This document shows positions 40,918 through 54,015 of a DNA stretch of 64,000 nt, piece by piece. The translations under genes and the position numbers were made by a program. Positions within the stretch are counted from its first letter, which is position 1, and the number at the start of each line of letters is the position of its first letter. A model generated the notes under the pieces. It made no database searches. It had not been told where the DNA came from and saw only the letters and a list, made by a program, of their open reading frames with translations. The stretch comes from Stylophora pistillata (taxonomy: Eukaryota), in contig NW_019217908.1 of the NCBI RefSeq assembly GCF_002571385.2, positions 29,853 to 93,852 on the forward strand, given 5' to 3'.

Positions 40918-41814
40918 ATGAACAATTCCTCCATATCAACTCAGGGAAATGGAGAAGAACCAAACATGCAGCTATTAGAATTAATGGCGTGGAGTTCTGC
41001 TTATGGATTTGTCGATGTTATCATTCTTGTCGGCAATGTCCTCACCCTCACCGTTTTCTCTACAAACAAGAAGCTTCTTCGCATGCGTGCAAATTACTTC
41101 CTGATAAATTTGGCACTGGCGGATATGATGGTTGGTACATCGGCTATTCCAATGTACCTTTACCACCTAACTGCGGCATGGAAAAAGGGTGACAGTATCT
41201 GGAAACAAAATAGTTACAAGATTTATATGGTGGTCGATGTTTTTGTTGGTTGTGCTTCAATATTTACTCTAACAGTTATTGCTCTAGAGCGAGCTTTTTC
41301 AGTTTGTTTGCCTCATATTCATCGTCGCGTCAGAAACAAGAGCTATTTTGGACTTCTTGGCTTCATATGGTTGTTGTCTATTCTGGTCTCCTGTTTGCGA
41401 TTCCTTTATGAGGAAAAGCTACTCTCAATACAGTTTTTCTTCTACTTTATGCTGGTGTCCTTTGCTGTAGCCCTCACGATAATTTGCGTCTCGTATGTGG
41501 TAATATGGTTCAAAATGAAATTTCGTTTTGCCAGAAGAGACAGCGTACATAAGCGGTCTGGTGAACATGACAAACGACTCGCTGTAATGCTTTCCACAGT
41601 AACTGTTGTATTTGTTCTAACCTGGATGCCATTTCAGGTCATAAACATTGTAACATTTTTCTGCAAGTCTTGCCAAAAAATGCCCATCGAGATCGTATAT
41701 TTGGCAAAGTTTTTACACTATGGTAATTCGTGCGTTAACCCCATTATTTACTCATTCTTGGTACCCGAGTTTAGAAAGACAGTTATCAAAATTTTGAGCA
41801 AAATAAGAGCTTAA
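40918..41814 (+). CDS. Class A GPCR, adenosine A2A-like orphan (298 aa)
   Basis: GN, NLALADMMVG, LERAF, TWMPFQVIN, TFFCKSC, YGNSCVNPIIY, EFRKT. MNNSS sequon. Confidence 0.96.
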   Translation: MNNSSISTQGNGEEPNMQLLELMAWSSAYGFVDVIILVGNVLTLTVFSTNKKLLRMRANYFLINLALADMMVGTSAIPMYLYHLTAAWKKGDSIWKQNSYKIYMVVDVFVGCASIFTLTVIALERAFSVCLPHIHRRVRNKSYFGLLGFIWLLSILVSCLRFLYEEKLLSIQFFFYFMLVSFAVALTIICVSYVVIWFKMKFRFARRDSVHKRSGEHDKRLAVMLSTVTVVFVLTWMPFQVINIVTFFCKSCQKMPIEIVYLAKFLHYGNSCVNPIIYSFLVPEFRKTVIKILSKIRA

Positions 41815-42333
41815 TTTACATGAAAATTGATATGAATAATACATAAAACTTACTGAACGCGAAGCGATTGTTCAATTTCGACAATAAATTTCCAGTTCCT
41901 GTCTGCTAAAAAGAAAAGAAAAAAAAAAAAAAAAAGACGTGAGAAAAAGTTTTGGAAAGAGTGTCACTCGTGTAAATTTGCTGCCAGTATTGAGTTATGG
42001 GCGAGAAGAGTTCGAGAAAAAAAAAAAAAAAAAGAAGGCGTTGCTGTCCAGTGCTGAAGCAGCGGCAGACACAAAATATTGTAGGGGCGATATTTTAGTA
42101 AGTTCTAGACTAGATTCATACTTAATTAGAATGAAAAGTATTGAATGCCCATCAATTATTTTGACGGCGCGACTTCCATCAATTTTCATAGCTGGATAAA
42201 AGTTAACGTTATTGATGGTAAAAATAATTGTATTGCATATTTCTTGGCCGGTAGCTTTCCCGCTGATTACTAAAATAATTGGGAATGATATATTATATTA
42301 TAGTGTCCTCTACTTTTTGAGTTTGACGAATGA

Positions 42334-42366
<33 letters not shown>

Positions 42367-42406
42367 CTCGTGGGTGTGGGTGTGGGTGTGGGTAAAAGTC
42401 GTGGGT
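42334..42406 (+). repeat. G-rich (TCGTGGG)/(TGTGGG) tandem repeat, potential G-quadruplex
   Basis: Multiple GGG tracts, including (GGGTGT)3GGG. Confidence 0.8.
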
Positions 42407-42829
42407 TTATTGCTTATCTGTGGATAGGTTATCTTGCTACAGACATTTATGCGGAGTATTCAACAACTTGAAGGCTAAATAAGAAGTTTATTGTCAACAG
42501 ACACTTATCAAAGAAAAATTGTATTTCTCTTGCCTAAATGCGGTTTCGATTTACTGCTACTGCTACCATTGTATATTTTATTATCAATGGTTGAGACGGA
42601 AGGGAATTAAGCAGAAAACCGCAGTGCCGTTACAATTGTTGGGAATAGTTTTTAGAAAACAGATCCCCAGATATGACTTCTATGACTGGTGCTGAAAAGA
42701 AGAATGATGAAGAAAGTTGGCCGAAGTTGATGAAATATGGTCTTAGGTACCTGAGATAATCCTCCCTCCCTCCCTCCCTCCCTCCCCTCGGGTTGCCTTT
42801 GCTTCCCTCATTACTTTTGATAATTGAAC

Positions 42830-43128
42830 CAACCGTTTACATGAAAATGGCGGAGTTATCACGAGGGGCGAGAAAATTCGGCAGGGCGAGCTGTCTCGCC
42901 TCAGCAGGTAGCTATGGTAACCCTAACAGGCGGAAAAACTTTTGTTTTCTTATATGAATACTTCTGTTCCCCGGCCCGAGCCAGTCAAAGCGCAGGCATC
43001 CGCGGAGAGATTGGTAAGGGGACAACTGTTACAGCTCACAACTCCAAATGAACGCTCCGTAAAGTTGTCTCAAGGGGGAAGGTTGTCTGGGGTACCCATG
43101 TACCCAGGACCATATAAATAGGCTCTTA
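42830..43128. mobile_element. Possible degenerate MITE
   Basis: CCGTTTACATG ... CATATAAATAGG imperfect inverted ends around a GC-richer interior. Confidence 0.35.
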
Positions 43129-46100
43129 CATTGTTTTTATTTCCCCTCATGGACACAGTTAACGCCTCTCAGAAACTCAGTTGATGATGCGTATTTTCAT
43201 TTCGACATTACAGTGAAATAGCCGCTTCTTAAAGATTCATGATTTTTTTCAGAGATGAAATTTTAGAAGCCCAAGATCTACAAAATACATGTATTTTGTT
43301 TTCAGTGACAGGGTCATCTTAGAACATACGATAAATGGCCTAAAACTTGTATTTGTAAGAACATGTTGGGGCCTGTTGCGTTTGGAGGAAGCTTGTTGTA
43401 TACTTTGGCTGCCCTAAGAGCATTCATTGCATTAAGATAAAGACTCCGGTTGTGTGGCTGCAGCTCAACGTTTTTCTCCTTGCACTTCTTTGTTTATCAT
43501 TATTACACTTGCATTTTCTCCGTATATTGAATCGAGCGAGTTAGCTCTCGTGAACTCCTCTCCCTCCCCTCCACAATCCTAAAATCATATTTTACACACC
43601 AGTGGCGGGTGTTTAAAGATTAAAAAAAAATTAACATTTCAAAAATACTTAAATAAACAACATTTTAGACGCCTGTATCGCCTTTACGTAGAGTATGGTT
43701 TCAAGAATGCCCGCAAAATGCCACAAATGACCTTTACACCGAAGAAGAATTGCATCTCAGGTGAAACAGGAGAGGTTTATTGTTTCAGTAGGTTACGTGA
43801 GTGCCGTACTAGTCGACCTATTATGCCAGTTGCCAAATTTGAGACTACATGCTGCTTTGTTGTTCATTGAAAAACCTCTCAGGGTTCTGAATGATCACGC
43901 ACTATCTAATTTATTAACAAACAATCTACAGATGCTCATCGACAATTTGCTGAACATTCTTTGAATTACGAAGGCCGATGATCTTCGATCAAAACACTCA
44001 AGTCACCGATATTGCCGAACGAGTAAAGTGTTCTAAAAGTGAGGTAAGATGTAGATATTAAATGCTCCGTTCAAGTTCACTTGACAGGCAATTGTCACCT
44101 ATGTTATGAGTTATGAGCGACAAAATTACGTTGGTTCTGGAACAATCATTGTAATATATCTTTGCTTGTTACTGTACATATACACTAAACTTATACCTAA
44201 CGAGTCATATGTCATCTTCAATTGAGCTAGCTTAACCAGGAAATTCCATAGACACAGGAACTACATTTCACGAAGCTAAGCAACGCCAACGACGGAATCT
44301 AAATATGTCACATAAGGAGTCGGAATTTCACACTGTTTATTTCGCCTTTCAGATATTTCAAGAATTTTTCTTATCATATTGTAGAAAAAGATAATCAGCC
44401 TTCGGCTTTTCTCTCAAAGATTGGGAAGTAATCCTAAACAAAAGCAGATTTAATCCAGTTGTCTTGACAAGTTCTTTAGTTAGTGCGTCACGGTTTATGT
44501 TTGTGTACCTTCGTTTAAAACACGGGGGAGGGGAGGTACTGTACGGCTTCGTACTCGGCGGAATTAATTATAAGAGGATAGGGGTTAATTAAGTACGCTG
44601 TATTCGCCATATCTTTAAATATCGACCTTCTTTCAGAACAAACATATCATTTTCACAAAAATTTCAGAACTGTCGTTTTTCGTTTTTAAGAATCCATTTC
44701 CTCTATTGCAAATTGTTGAAATATCGCCGCTTAATTTATTGCAGAAACTGAAAGTTGCGGTTATAAATTTTTCTCAGTTCCTTTTTTGAAATTTAATATA
44801 GCTTTTGGTGAGCGCTGCGGCCAAGAATTGTCAGCAACTGAAAATTCTAAAAAGTTTTTCCTCTGCAATAATAATTAATATTGTGCATTTTCAATCTCCG
44901 CGTCCATTTTGGCGATGCTCTATCGTAAAAATATAATTTTGTGGTTTACCTCAAGCTGAAAGTAAATCTGCTTGTTGCCGTTAGCGACTCATAATATCTT
45001 CACGTACGCGTTGCCCAGTTATAAGTCGTATGAAATAACGGGATAATTTTAAAACCACGACACAGTGTGAGCTCAAACAGATAAAACTAGTCAGCAGATT
45101 AGCAAAGGTAAAACACTTTTTAAAATATTGTCCTCTTATTGGTGAAGACGCAGTCAGGTAACTGATTAAATCTGTCTTGGGAGGAAAACGGGAACTGACC
45201 GAGGCATAGATAGCCATGTTCTCATTGTTTAGCTGGTACAAAACGTTTCTTGGGGCGACTGGAAGCGAGAAAAAAGGAAGTGAGTAACTTGGAATGTGAT
45301 TTTGGGCCGCTCGGCCGATATAGGCGCTCAGCTGCAAGAATGAGACAAAAATCTGTGCTTCAGGTTTGCCTCCATTGGAGAACTTAGAACGCCGGACAGA
45401 CCGAAGGGTTTATATGTAGATATTTGAATAACCGAGCGTGTGAGCCGTGCTCGGGAATATTAGCTCAAGCTCGAGGCAATATGGGACGAGCCTATCGGGC
45501 TCCGTATTAAACAAATATGTGGGCTAAAGTTCCCAAGCAACGGCTCAGGAAAACTATTTATATGTAAATAATGGCAAAGGCACTTCCGAGCACTTGAATT
45601 CGAGGGGCTTCCGTAATGACGTGTTCTTTTTTTATGACGCAAGCAATCAAGAGATATCAAACTAGCACCGCGTGTCTGGGGTCAGATTTACATAACGTTA
45701 TTTTATGTAGAGTGTAAACAAGCCTTCAAGAACTGTTATGAACATTTGAAATGAAAATTGTCAAAAGTCCCAACGTAAGCTTTGTTGAAATCTCATAAAG
45801 GTTTTTACAAGCCAACCGCGTATGATTCTAAACAAAAGTACGTAGCCAGAAGGTGGCCAAGTTAAAAAAAAACAGGTAGGATTTCAACTCTTACACTTGT
45901 CATGATGATTAGATTTCATAAGGCAGAGAAGCACGAAGTGATTTCATCAGAAACAGTCACCGTCTTTATTTGTCTTTACTTGTTTGTACTTGTTTGTTTT
46001 ATCGTCTATGGCTCCCTGGCGTTTGCCAAGCTACGCCTGTTTCGGATCCATAAAATACAAAGTTTTCTGGTCTTTAGGATACATGCATGTATTAGTGAAG

Positions 46101-47136
46101 ATTCGTCCTCGTTGTAAGCGTTTTTAAATATCAATGTTCAGGTAGATGGGAGTAATTGTAAGTTCCTTTCGAAAGCAGAAAAAAAAATGGTATCGCCCTC
46201 GATGAAACGATCCGAATGACAAAATGCTGACTTAGAAAGAATTGACTTTTCTCAAGACTTTTTTGCCATTTCAAAGCGAATGTTTATTCCATGAAACACG
46301 AGGTGCAGCTGAGTGGAGCACTTATGTTTATACCACATTTTGACGTATAGTTTGATTTATTGCGGAACAGACGCCATAGCATAAAGTCTATTCCTTTTAT
46401 ATAATTAAGAGACAAGAGATTTCAATGGTAACTTCGTCCATGCTTTTGTCCTGCGATAGATCATTAGTGAGAACCATTCAAAATTCATGTAAAGTTCATC
46501 TTGTGTAAGAAATATTTTATAAAAAAACGTAAAATTTCTATGGGTATACTAGTGCATAAAAGGATAGGATTTTGACCACTCAGAACGCTCGTTATATATA
46601 AGTATATAAGTCTTTTTTACAGTACTTGAAAAATGACATCATTTACAGAGTTCAAAGGAAAATAACTTTACCTGGTTGTTACGCTTGCAAAGATACATCC
46701 TCTCAGATAACATCTGCATGTTTGAAATTATCCCCGAATTACGACATTCCTCGTCTGGGAATCCCCTCCCGCAGGGCATGAACGATAAGCTATTTATTAC
46801 TTCGTTCCCATAACTCAGTAGGTTCCCCTGGCTGGGCGGAAGGAAGAGAGACTCTGGGAATGAAATTAAAGCCACTTGCAGTTCTTAAAAGGTGGCTTCA
46901 CAAATCTTTATTCGATCCCCTTGCACTGAATCTCCGCTTGGCTGATTCAGTGCGAAATTAGGAAACTAAGTGAGACGTAAATGAAAATGCACTGAGGTGC
47001 AAAGCAATTATACTTACTCAAATACATTGCAACATTTTATGGCCTAGAGTGACTAAAACGTTTCTTAAAGCATCGCCAATTGACTTAATGGTTTGTATTA
47101 TCTTTTACTTCACCAGGACAAAACGCCACCATCTTA

Positions 47137-48069
47137 ATGAACAACTCTTCTCTACAACATGAAGGCAATGAGCAAGCACCCGGTCCGTTGGTGGCGTGGA
47201 GCTTAGCATACGGATTGGTGGATGTCGTCATATTGCTTGGAAATGTCATAACGCTCCTTGTATTCTTTACGAATAAAAAGCTTTTGCGCATGCGCGCAAA
47301 TTACTTTTTGATAAACCTTGCAATAGCTGATATAATGGTTGGTACGTTCGCCATACCCATGTACGTCTATCATTTTATTGCTGCGTTGTACAAGGGTGAC
47401 GGTGTCTGGAAACACTTCAGCTACAAGATTTATGTATCAGTTGATGTTTTCGTCGGTTGTGCCTCAATTTTCACACTTACATTCATTGCCCTGGAACGAG
47501 CATTCTCTGTTTGTTTACCTCAAATTCACCGCCACGCGAGAGAAAAGACGTATTATGGACTTCTAGGCTCGATTTGGCTGCTCTCTATTTTAGTATTCTG
47601 TCTGCGGTTTCTGTTTGAAACAGGGGTTCTTCAATTGGAGGTTTTCTTCTATGTTTTGCTTATTGCCTTCTCCATCGCCCTCTTAATAATCTGCGTCTCT
47701 TACGTGGTAATATGGTTCAAGATGAAGTTCCGGTTTGCCAACAGAGATGGGAACAAACGTAAGAGAGAACAGGACAAGCGACTCGCCATTATCCTTTTTG
47801 CAGTTACCGTGGTTTTCGTCCTCACGTGGATGCCATTCCAGATCATAAACATTGTGGCGTTTTTCTGTGAGCCTTGTAGGATGAACATGTCAAACAACAG
47901 TGTTAATTTTGCAAAGTTCCTGCACTATGGCAACTCTTGTGTTAACCCTATAATATATTCCTTTTTGGTTCCCGAGTTTAAAAAAACTGTTTTCAGGATT
48001 TTCAGAAAACTTCGAAACAATGACGATACTAGGATTTCGACGTTCGAAATGCATTCGGCTAAAACGTAG
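47137..48069 (+). CDS. Class A GPCR, closest paralogue of the 40918 gene (310 aa)
   Basis: Long identical blocks with 40918 (NKKLLRMRANYFLINLA, VDVFVGCASIFTLT, AKFLHYGNSCVNPIIYSFLVPEF). Confidence 0.96.
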   Translation: MNNSSLQHEGNEQAPGPLVAWSLAYGLVDVVILLGNVITLLVFFTNKKLLRMRANYFLINLAIADIMVGTFAIPMYVYHFIAALYKGDGVWKHFSYKIYVSVDVFVGCASIFTLTFIALERAFSVCLPQIHRHAREKTYYGLLGSIWLLSILVFCLRFLFETGVLQLEVFFYVLLIAFSIALLIICVSYVVIWFKMKFRFANRDGNKRKREQDKRLAIILFAVTVVFVLTWMPFQIINIVAFFCEPCRMNMSNNSVNFAKFLHYGNSCVNPIIYSFLVPEFKKTVFRIFRKLRNNDDTRISTFEMHSAKT

Positions 48070-51000
48070 TCATGCGCTTAATCAATCTAGGTCATCATAC
48101 AAACAGATTTTACTGATGACCGAGGGAGCTGGGGCGATTAATAGCTGCAGTTTTCAGTCTTAGGTTAGCATTTCCTAAGGCCAGACTAGATGTCAAGGTG
48201 TTGATAAGTTTGTTCTTACAAGCAGTTTGCATTGTCTGATCCTCATGAAACGTCTCAAATCTTTTAATTGCCTTGCAATGCAAACTTTAACTTTCCAATC
48301 GCGCCGGTTCTTCAGAACTTCCCTCGATTTGTAAATGAGCACTTTGACGCCTTACCCTGACGTAAATGCGTCGTCGAGTGAATCGCTTGCGCCCGGCATA
48401 AAGAGAAAATTTTGCCTCAAGTTGTAGCCTTCTTTATTGAATTGTTATTCAATACTTGAAAGTTAGACTTTTAGTCTCTCTATATATCATTGCTGAAGAT
48501 GTTCCTGTCCAGTTAACAAATTGAATGTATCTCATCGACTATTTTTAGCTAGGTAACGAGTGTTCCCGATGTAACTTCAATTTCGAAGGCCTGAGGAATG
48601 CTGTTGGCGGAAACATATCATGAAACTACACAAAAAATAAGGTGAAAAGAATCGTCGGAAGAACGCCGTTATACCAGAATCAGTGAAGTGAAGCGCCTAA
48701 CAAGTTAATTTAATAATGAGCCTTTGTATCGACACAAAACGAGAAGACCTTTAGAGCCAACCATCATGATTTGTTCAAGATAATCGGCTGTGAGAAAAAG
48801 GGTTACTTATTATGAAACAAGGCACGAAGGCTCAGAGGTAGCATTAGCTGTTAAGTTCGTCGAAAACACATTAAGGAAAGTAAAGGTTTCGAAAATGGAT
48901 TCTGATAACCTTATCTTTGTGTAAGATACATTAGGCAAATTAACACCCAACGCAATGTAAATAAAGATTGTTATAAATATGTGGGTTATGAAGCCATCTT
49001 ATCGAAATGACTGATATGGTATTAATTAAAATCGGCTTATTACACTAAATTGTTAAATATGAGAATCCCTGCCGGTTTTGTATTTCTTTTCAAGTTTACC
49101 TTGCCCACTGAACTCTCAGCGGAGATTTCAGTGTTGGTTTTACAGACTGATCCTGAACTGATATTTGTTCAGAGAAGTGTCCCAACTTAAGAAAACGGAC
49201 TGAACGTGTTTAGCTTATCATTCATTCAGACGGTCAGCGCTCTTAGTTACCAAGGTGACAAAACTGATGTCGTCATTCATCTAAAACTAAACGATGCGAG
49301 TTGTCCTTTTCTTCTTACCTAATTGCCCGGTGAGTGATCAGTCCCACCTATCTGAATTATTTTTACAGCGATACCGGAATTGTCTCACAGAGAAATCTGG
49401 ACCGCTATCTGTCAAACCCGTGGAATACCAATGCTTGTTGCTTGATGTGCACCATTTTGGTTTTAATTTGTGAATCATTCTTTCTAACTACGTGGTAGAA
49501 TGATCGGAACGGTGCAATATAAGAAGGGCTAATCACATTATTTCCTACCATAGGGCATATCAGGTGAGTGACTAAAATTTTACTTGTAAAATATGCATTG
49601 TTTTCAAAGATTATTGAGGTGATTTCGCAGTGAGATTGTTTGTTCTATTTTCAGATAGGTAATTTTTAAGAATGTCATAATCACCGAGTTGAGATGATCA
49701 TAATGAGGTGCCTAGTTTTCGAAACAAGCCAAAAAACGCTTGCTCTACGGAAACATGGTTTATTACGGTCGCATCTCAAAATGAAAACTTGATATTTTGA
49801 TTTATTGTTATTGAAGATTATGATTTTCCCAAAGGAAACGATGTTCTTCTGTTTAAACCCCAAGAATGTTACTTTTCCTCGAAATCTTCATTTTGTTACT
49901 TTAATGCAGTTATGGCTGTTCCGTCCGTTTTATCTGAAAGTATGATCTTCCACCTCCGCCGGTTTTATAATCAACTTAGCCAAGTAAACAATTTTTGTGA
50001 AACAAATTTACAGACTGACAACCTTCTAAAGTTAATCTAACGAACCTATCTTTACGGTTGATCACCTGATGAGTAAGTTGCATTGAGACAGGAAATGAAA
50101 CAGCATTCCTGAAACGGATCAAACCGAACACTATGGTGTGACTTAGCGCGAATGTATAAGCGTAGCTGAGCAGGTAGGACATACTTTGAGGAAAAAAACA
50201 TATTTTTCTCGCCAACCCCGCTATGCTAAAGTTATCGCAGGGAAGCACTTAACCAGACATCTTAGACCGAACCTTATGAAACCAGATCTATCGGTGATGA
50301 AGAAAAGATTTCAGTGATGTTTCAGCCATTGAATGCAAAAATTTGTAGATACATCTTGGATAAGTTTATATTCAAACATAAACTGACGTTTCAATTGACC
50401 TCATACCTCGCCCTCACCCCCACTTTTCACTCTCTTGAATCAAGAAAAGAAAGTAAACTCTCGTGATACAATGTTTCGGCCTCGATTGTTATCGTTTTTG
50501 CCACGTTCATTGTTTCTCACATTTTATTCTTTCGAGGATAACAGATTCTTTCATATTTTTCTCTTTAAGAATGATAATAAAAATAATGATGATAATAATG
50601 ATGGTTGAGTCTTCGTCGTTCTGTCGTTTGACTTCGACTGACTCAGTGGCCCTAGAAGCTATGCTTTTGACGACAACACAACATACTTTTCTGTTCGCCA
50701 CTAGTCAATACTACAGGGAATCGGACATTCTTATCAGTTAAACGTGCGTGGTGTCATCCATGTCCAGCTTACATTTTGTGGGATGTTTTTAATGGACCAG
50801 TGAACGGAAGATAATTTTGGAGTATCCTGTATTGTACAACAGCCCCTGGTGTTCTTCTATTTTAATCATATTAAATTTGATGTGATCCTCTACCTCAGCG
50901 GAAACTGAGCTATGCAAGAATGAGCCCAATGAAGTTAAACATATCATCACTTTGCTCTATGTTAACCTTTATAGAGAATACTCTGTTTCATTTAAATGGC

Positions 51001-52357
51001 AATTAGAACGACGAGGTAAAAAAAGACAAACAACAACAACAACAACAACAAAAAAATAAAAACAGGAAAACCCACTGACCGTGATACAACATCAACGGAA
51101 TTTTCCAACGCGCCACGAGTTTTGCAATTCAGAGCGTAAAACTCAAAGGACAAGTTGAGAGGAAGGAGACACTTGTAAATACATGGAGGCTCGGCAAACT
51201 ATCGTTAGACTTTATCACGATATCTGCGCTCCCTACACAAAGAGGCCACTAATGCGGCACTCTGCGTTACTGATACCTATAAAACGAAGAGGGATTGTTT
51301 TGCAATATAAGCTAACGTCTTAACAGAAATCTTGACTCTGTTTGTTACGTGCTTGTATGGAGCTCTGATCGCTTCAAACTGGTATCCGGGCAGAGGTTAT
51401 AGACGTAAATGTTCCGTCCAAACCAAGGAGTGTCTCCGTGGAACTATGTGAATTTAATAATACGTCATCGCATCGGTCTTTGGTCTCTCTTTCATTTTAA
51501 CAACTCTATTAGGTCGTGACAAAATCAGCTTAATCGGATCAAAGAGCATCGGATCAACTTTACAGAGGATCCATCTCTGTAAAACACGACGACTGCACAT
51601 GTTGTCATCCAAAGTCTAATCAGCAATTTGCTAAGGCTGGATATTACTCCTTTCGATGTAACATACAGGTAGATCATTATGCACTTTGTTCTACTGAGAT
51701 TTATTCGGTAAAAAAATCACTTGGTACTGCAGTTTTACAACAATACGAACCAGTTTAGAATTCTGGTAAAATTCTTTTCGATCATATCGTTTTCTGATTT
51801 ATATGAGACACGTTTTGTTCAACATCTCAGCGGCAATGCAACTAATGATTTTTAGATTAACAAAGTACGGAATTGATATGTTTCACATAACAACCGCACG
51901 TTACTAAAGTGTTGATGATTTGACTATTGAACTGTCTGGAATAATCGTATATCTCCATCATGCAAAAGACAATTCTTGAAAGTCATCTATTGACCGAATG
52001 CGGATTTCCGCCTATCTTTGAGCATTATTGTGGCCAATCGAATGCATAAAATGGAACAACAGAGTCATTCGAGAAAATAATAATGATTGAGATTAACGGA
52101 GAGCATTGAGTTGTTCCATCTCGTCGTTGTAATGAGCAAGAATACTTCTGCTTTGGTGTAAGTTACCTATAATCAATTTTCAAAGCCTTTGACGGTCAAG
52201 ATCCTTATAACTGATTTACACTGATTGATCCAATTTGGTCCTACGCTCAGTAAACAGTCTGAGTTGGTTAAAAGCCCATCTTTCTTAACTGTTTTATTAG
52301 TTCTCCATGCTTGCTTCTGATTATAAGCCTCACTGCCATTATAATTTTTTTTGCAGA

Positions 52358-53269
52358 ATGAACGTGTCAAACACAAACAACACGCAGAGAGATTGGAAAC
52401 CAAGTACCCCAATTTACGAAGTGATCTTATGGTGCATAATATACAGCCTCACAGCAGTTGGCATAATCTGCGCCAACGTGTTCGCCGTTTACGTTTTCAC
52501 AATGAAGAGGCTGCTACGTAAGAGGAGCAATATTCTCCTATTGAATTTAGCCACCGCTGACTTGATGGTTGGAGGAATTGCCTTCCCAATGTACATTTAT
52601 ATTTTCTATAACTCGCACAAAAGCTTCTTATGGAAAGACATGATCGCGAACCATGTGTACCTCGGTGTGGACATCTTTTCAGGATTATCCTCTATGTTTA
52701 TTTTAGCAGTTATTGCCTTGGAAAGGGCATATTCTGTCTACCGACCCCTCAAGCACCGCTGTGTTTCTAGGAGGTCAAGGCTCTATTGGTCGTCTGCAGC
52801 TTGTGTGTGGATGACTTCCGGAGTCCTTACTTCCCTGAAGATTCTAACATCGCTCGGAGTTGTATCTTCTTCATATGACAAACATGTTATTTTCATGTTC
52901 GTCTCCATCGCCTTGGTGACCATAATGGCTGCCCATGCTTCTATCTGGACCAAGATCACAATACGAAAAGAAAACCTCGATTTTATAGTCAAAGAGAAGT
53001 CCGTTGCCCTTGCCATGCTATTAGTTACTGTCGCCTTTATTGTGATGTGGCTTCCATTTTATTTGTTAAATGTAATTTACAGTTTTGATCAAACAGTTCT
53101 GAAATCCGTCCCCTTAAATTTTTTTTACTTTGCTAAACTATTGCAATATGGAAACTCCGTCGTGAATCCAGTTATATACACTTTGAAGCTTCCGCAATTC
53201 CGTAGGGCTTTGCGAAGATTACAAAGCTTCAAAACTTCTACAAAGACAGACAGAGAAGTACCACTGTAA
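52358..53269 (+). CDS. Class A GPCR orphan (303 aa; start revised from 52307)
   Basis: NLATADLMVG, LERAY, MWLPFY, YGNSVVNPVIY. ATG 52358 (MNVSNT) follows a TTTTTTTTGCAG acceptor and matches the MNxS starts of the paralogues. Confidence 0.93.
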   Translation: MNVSNTNNTQRDWKPSTPIYEVILWCIIYSLTAVGIICANVFAVYVFTMKRLLRKRSNILLLNLATADLMVGGIAFPMYIYIFYNSHKSFLWKDMIANHVYLGVDIFSGLSSMFILAVIALERAYSVYRPLKHRCVSRRSRLYWSSAACVWMTSGVLTSLKILTSLGVVSSSYDKHVIFMFVSIALVTIMAAHASIWTKITIRKENLDFIVKEKSVALAMLLVTVAFIVMWLPFYLLNVIYSFDQTVLKSVPLNFFYFAKLLQYGNSVVNPVIYTLKLPQFRRALRRLQSFKTSTKTDREVPL

Positions 53270-53503
53270 TTGCACGAGTCTCTTACTTGAGATGACTCAG
53301 TAAGATATAATCTAAAACGTTAATCCCGCCCTTATGTAGGTTGAGTAGGAATCCTACAGAGAGTACATTTCTTGGTCTTGTTTAACCTATTACGAGATTC
53401 ATTAATCCGTTCAATTGATTGTATATTTGAAAAATTCAGTTTCGGAATTTAACACCCTTTTCGCTCGTGAGCATGTTGCTGGGACCAGACAGCTTTTAGA
53501 TAG

Positions 53504-53666
53504 TTAGCCCTTCGCTCCGACGAAGGGCTAACGCTCGAAACGTCAGCTTTTATAATCGTAACGGTGGCCAATTTACCATTTCAACTTTGTTGATATATTC
53601 AAATTATTTCGTTACCCCCACCGACGCAGTCCCAAACAGTTTCTTTAGAAACTATCAGCCTTTATT
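53504..53666 (+). mobile_element. Penelope-like retroelement terminal fragment with a hammerhead-ribozyme motif
   Basis: Flanked by a perfect 14-bp direct repeat CAGCTTTTAGATAG (53490-53503, 53667-53680). Starts with the palindrome TTAGCCCTTCG..CGAAGGGCTAA. Confidence 0.75.
53514..53547 (+). ncRNA. Minimal type I hammerhead ribozyme-like motif (core variant CCGACGA)
   Basis: GCT-CCGACGA-A-GGGC(TAAC)GCTC-GAAA-CGTC-AGC: stem I, core, stem II, GAAA and a palindromic ACGT stem III. Confidence 0.6.
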
Positions 53667-54015
53667 CAGCTTTTAGATAGCTCTCCCAATGTGCATATCA
53701 CGTATTAACGACATGCAGCTCGTATTCATTGCATCAAAAAGCGTTGGCCAGAAACCTTTTAACTACGGTGCAAACTACATTTAGCTTGGTGTTCGCGTTA
53801 AATCTTCGAAAAGAGGCTCTGGGTCCAAATCATTTCAATGTGGGTAATCTTGTGTATTATTCTTGTATTGTTTACTAATCTTGGATAGCACGACAAAACA
53901 AACAAACATGGATCGTTCCTAAACATTATGTAAACTGTTTACAATTTTTTGTTCCATTTCTATAGACAAATTGATGACGGTTCGCAACTTTGTTATCTTA
54001 GCCTCCCCCTCGATA

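Noticed and set aside
52307-52357. 17-aa N-terminal extension MLASDYKPHCHYNFFCR in the ORF track
   Set aside because: It spans a strong splice acceptor and is probably intronic. The paralogues start at the MNxS-type ATG.
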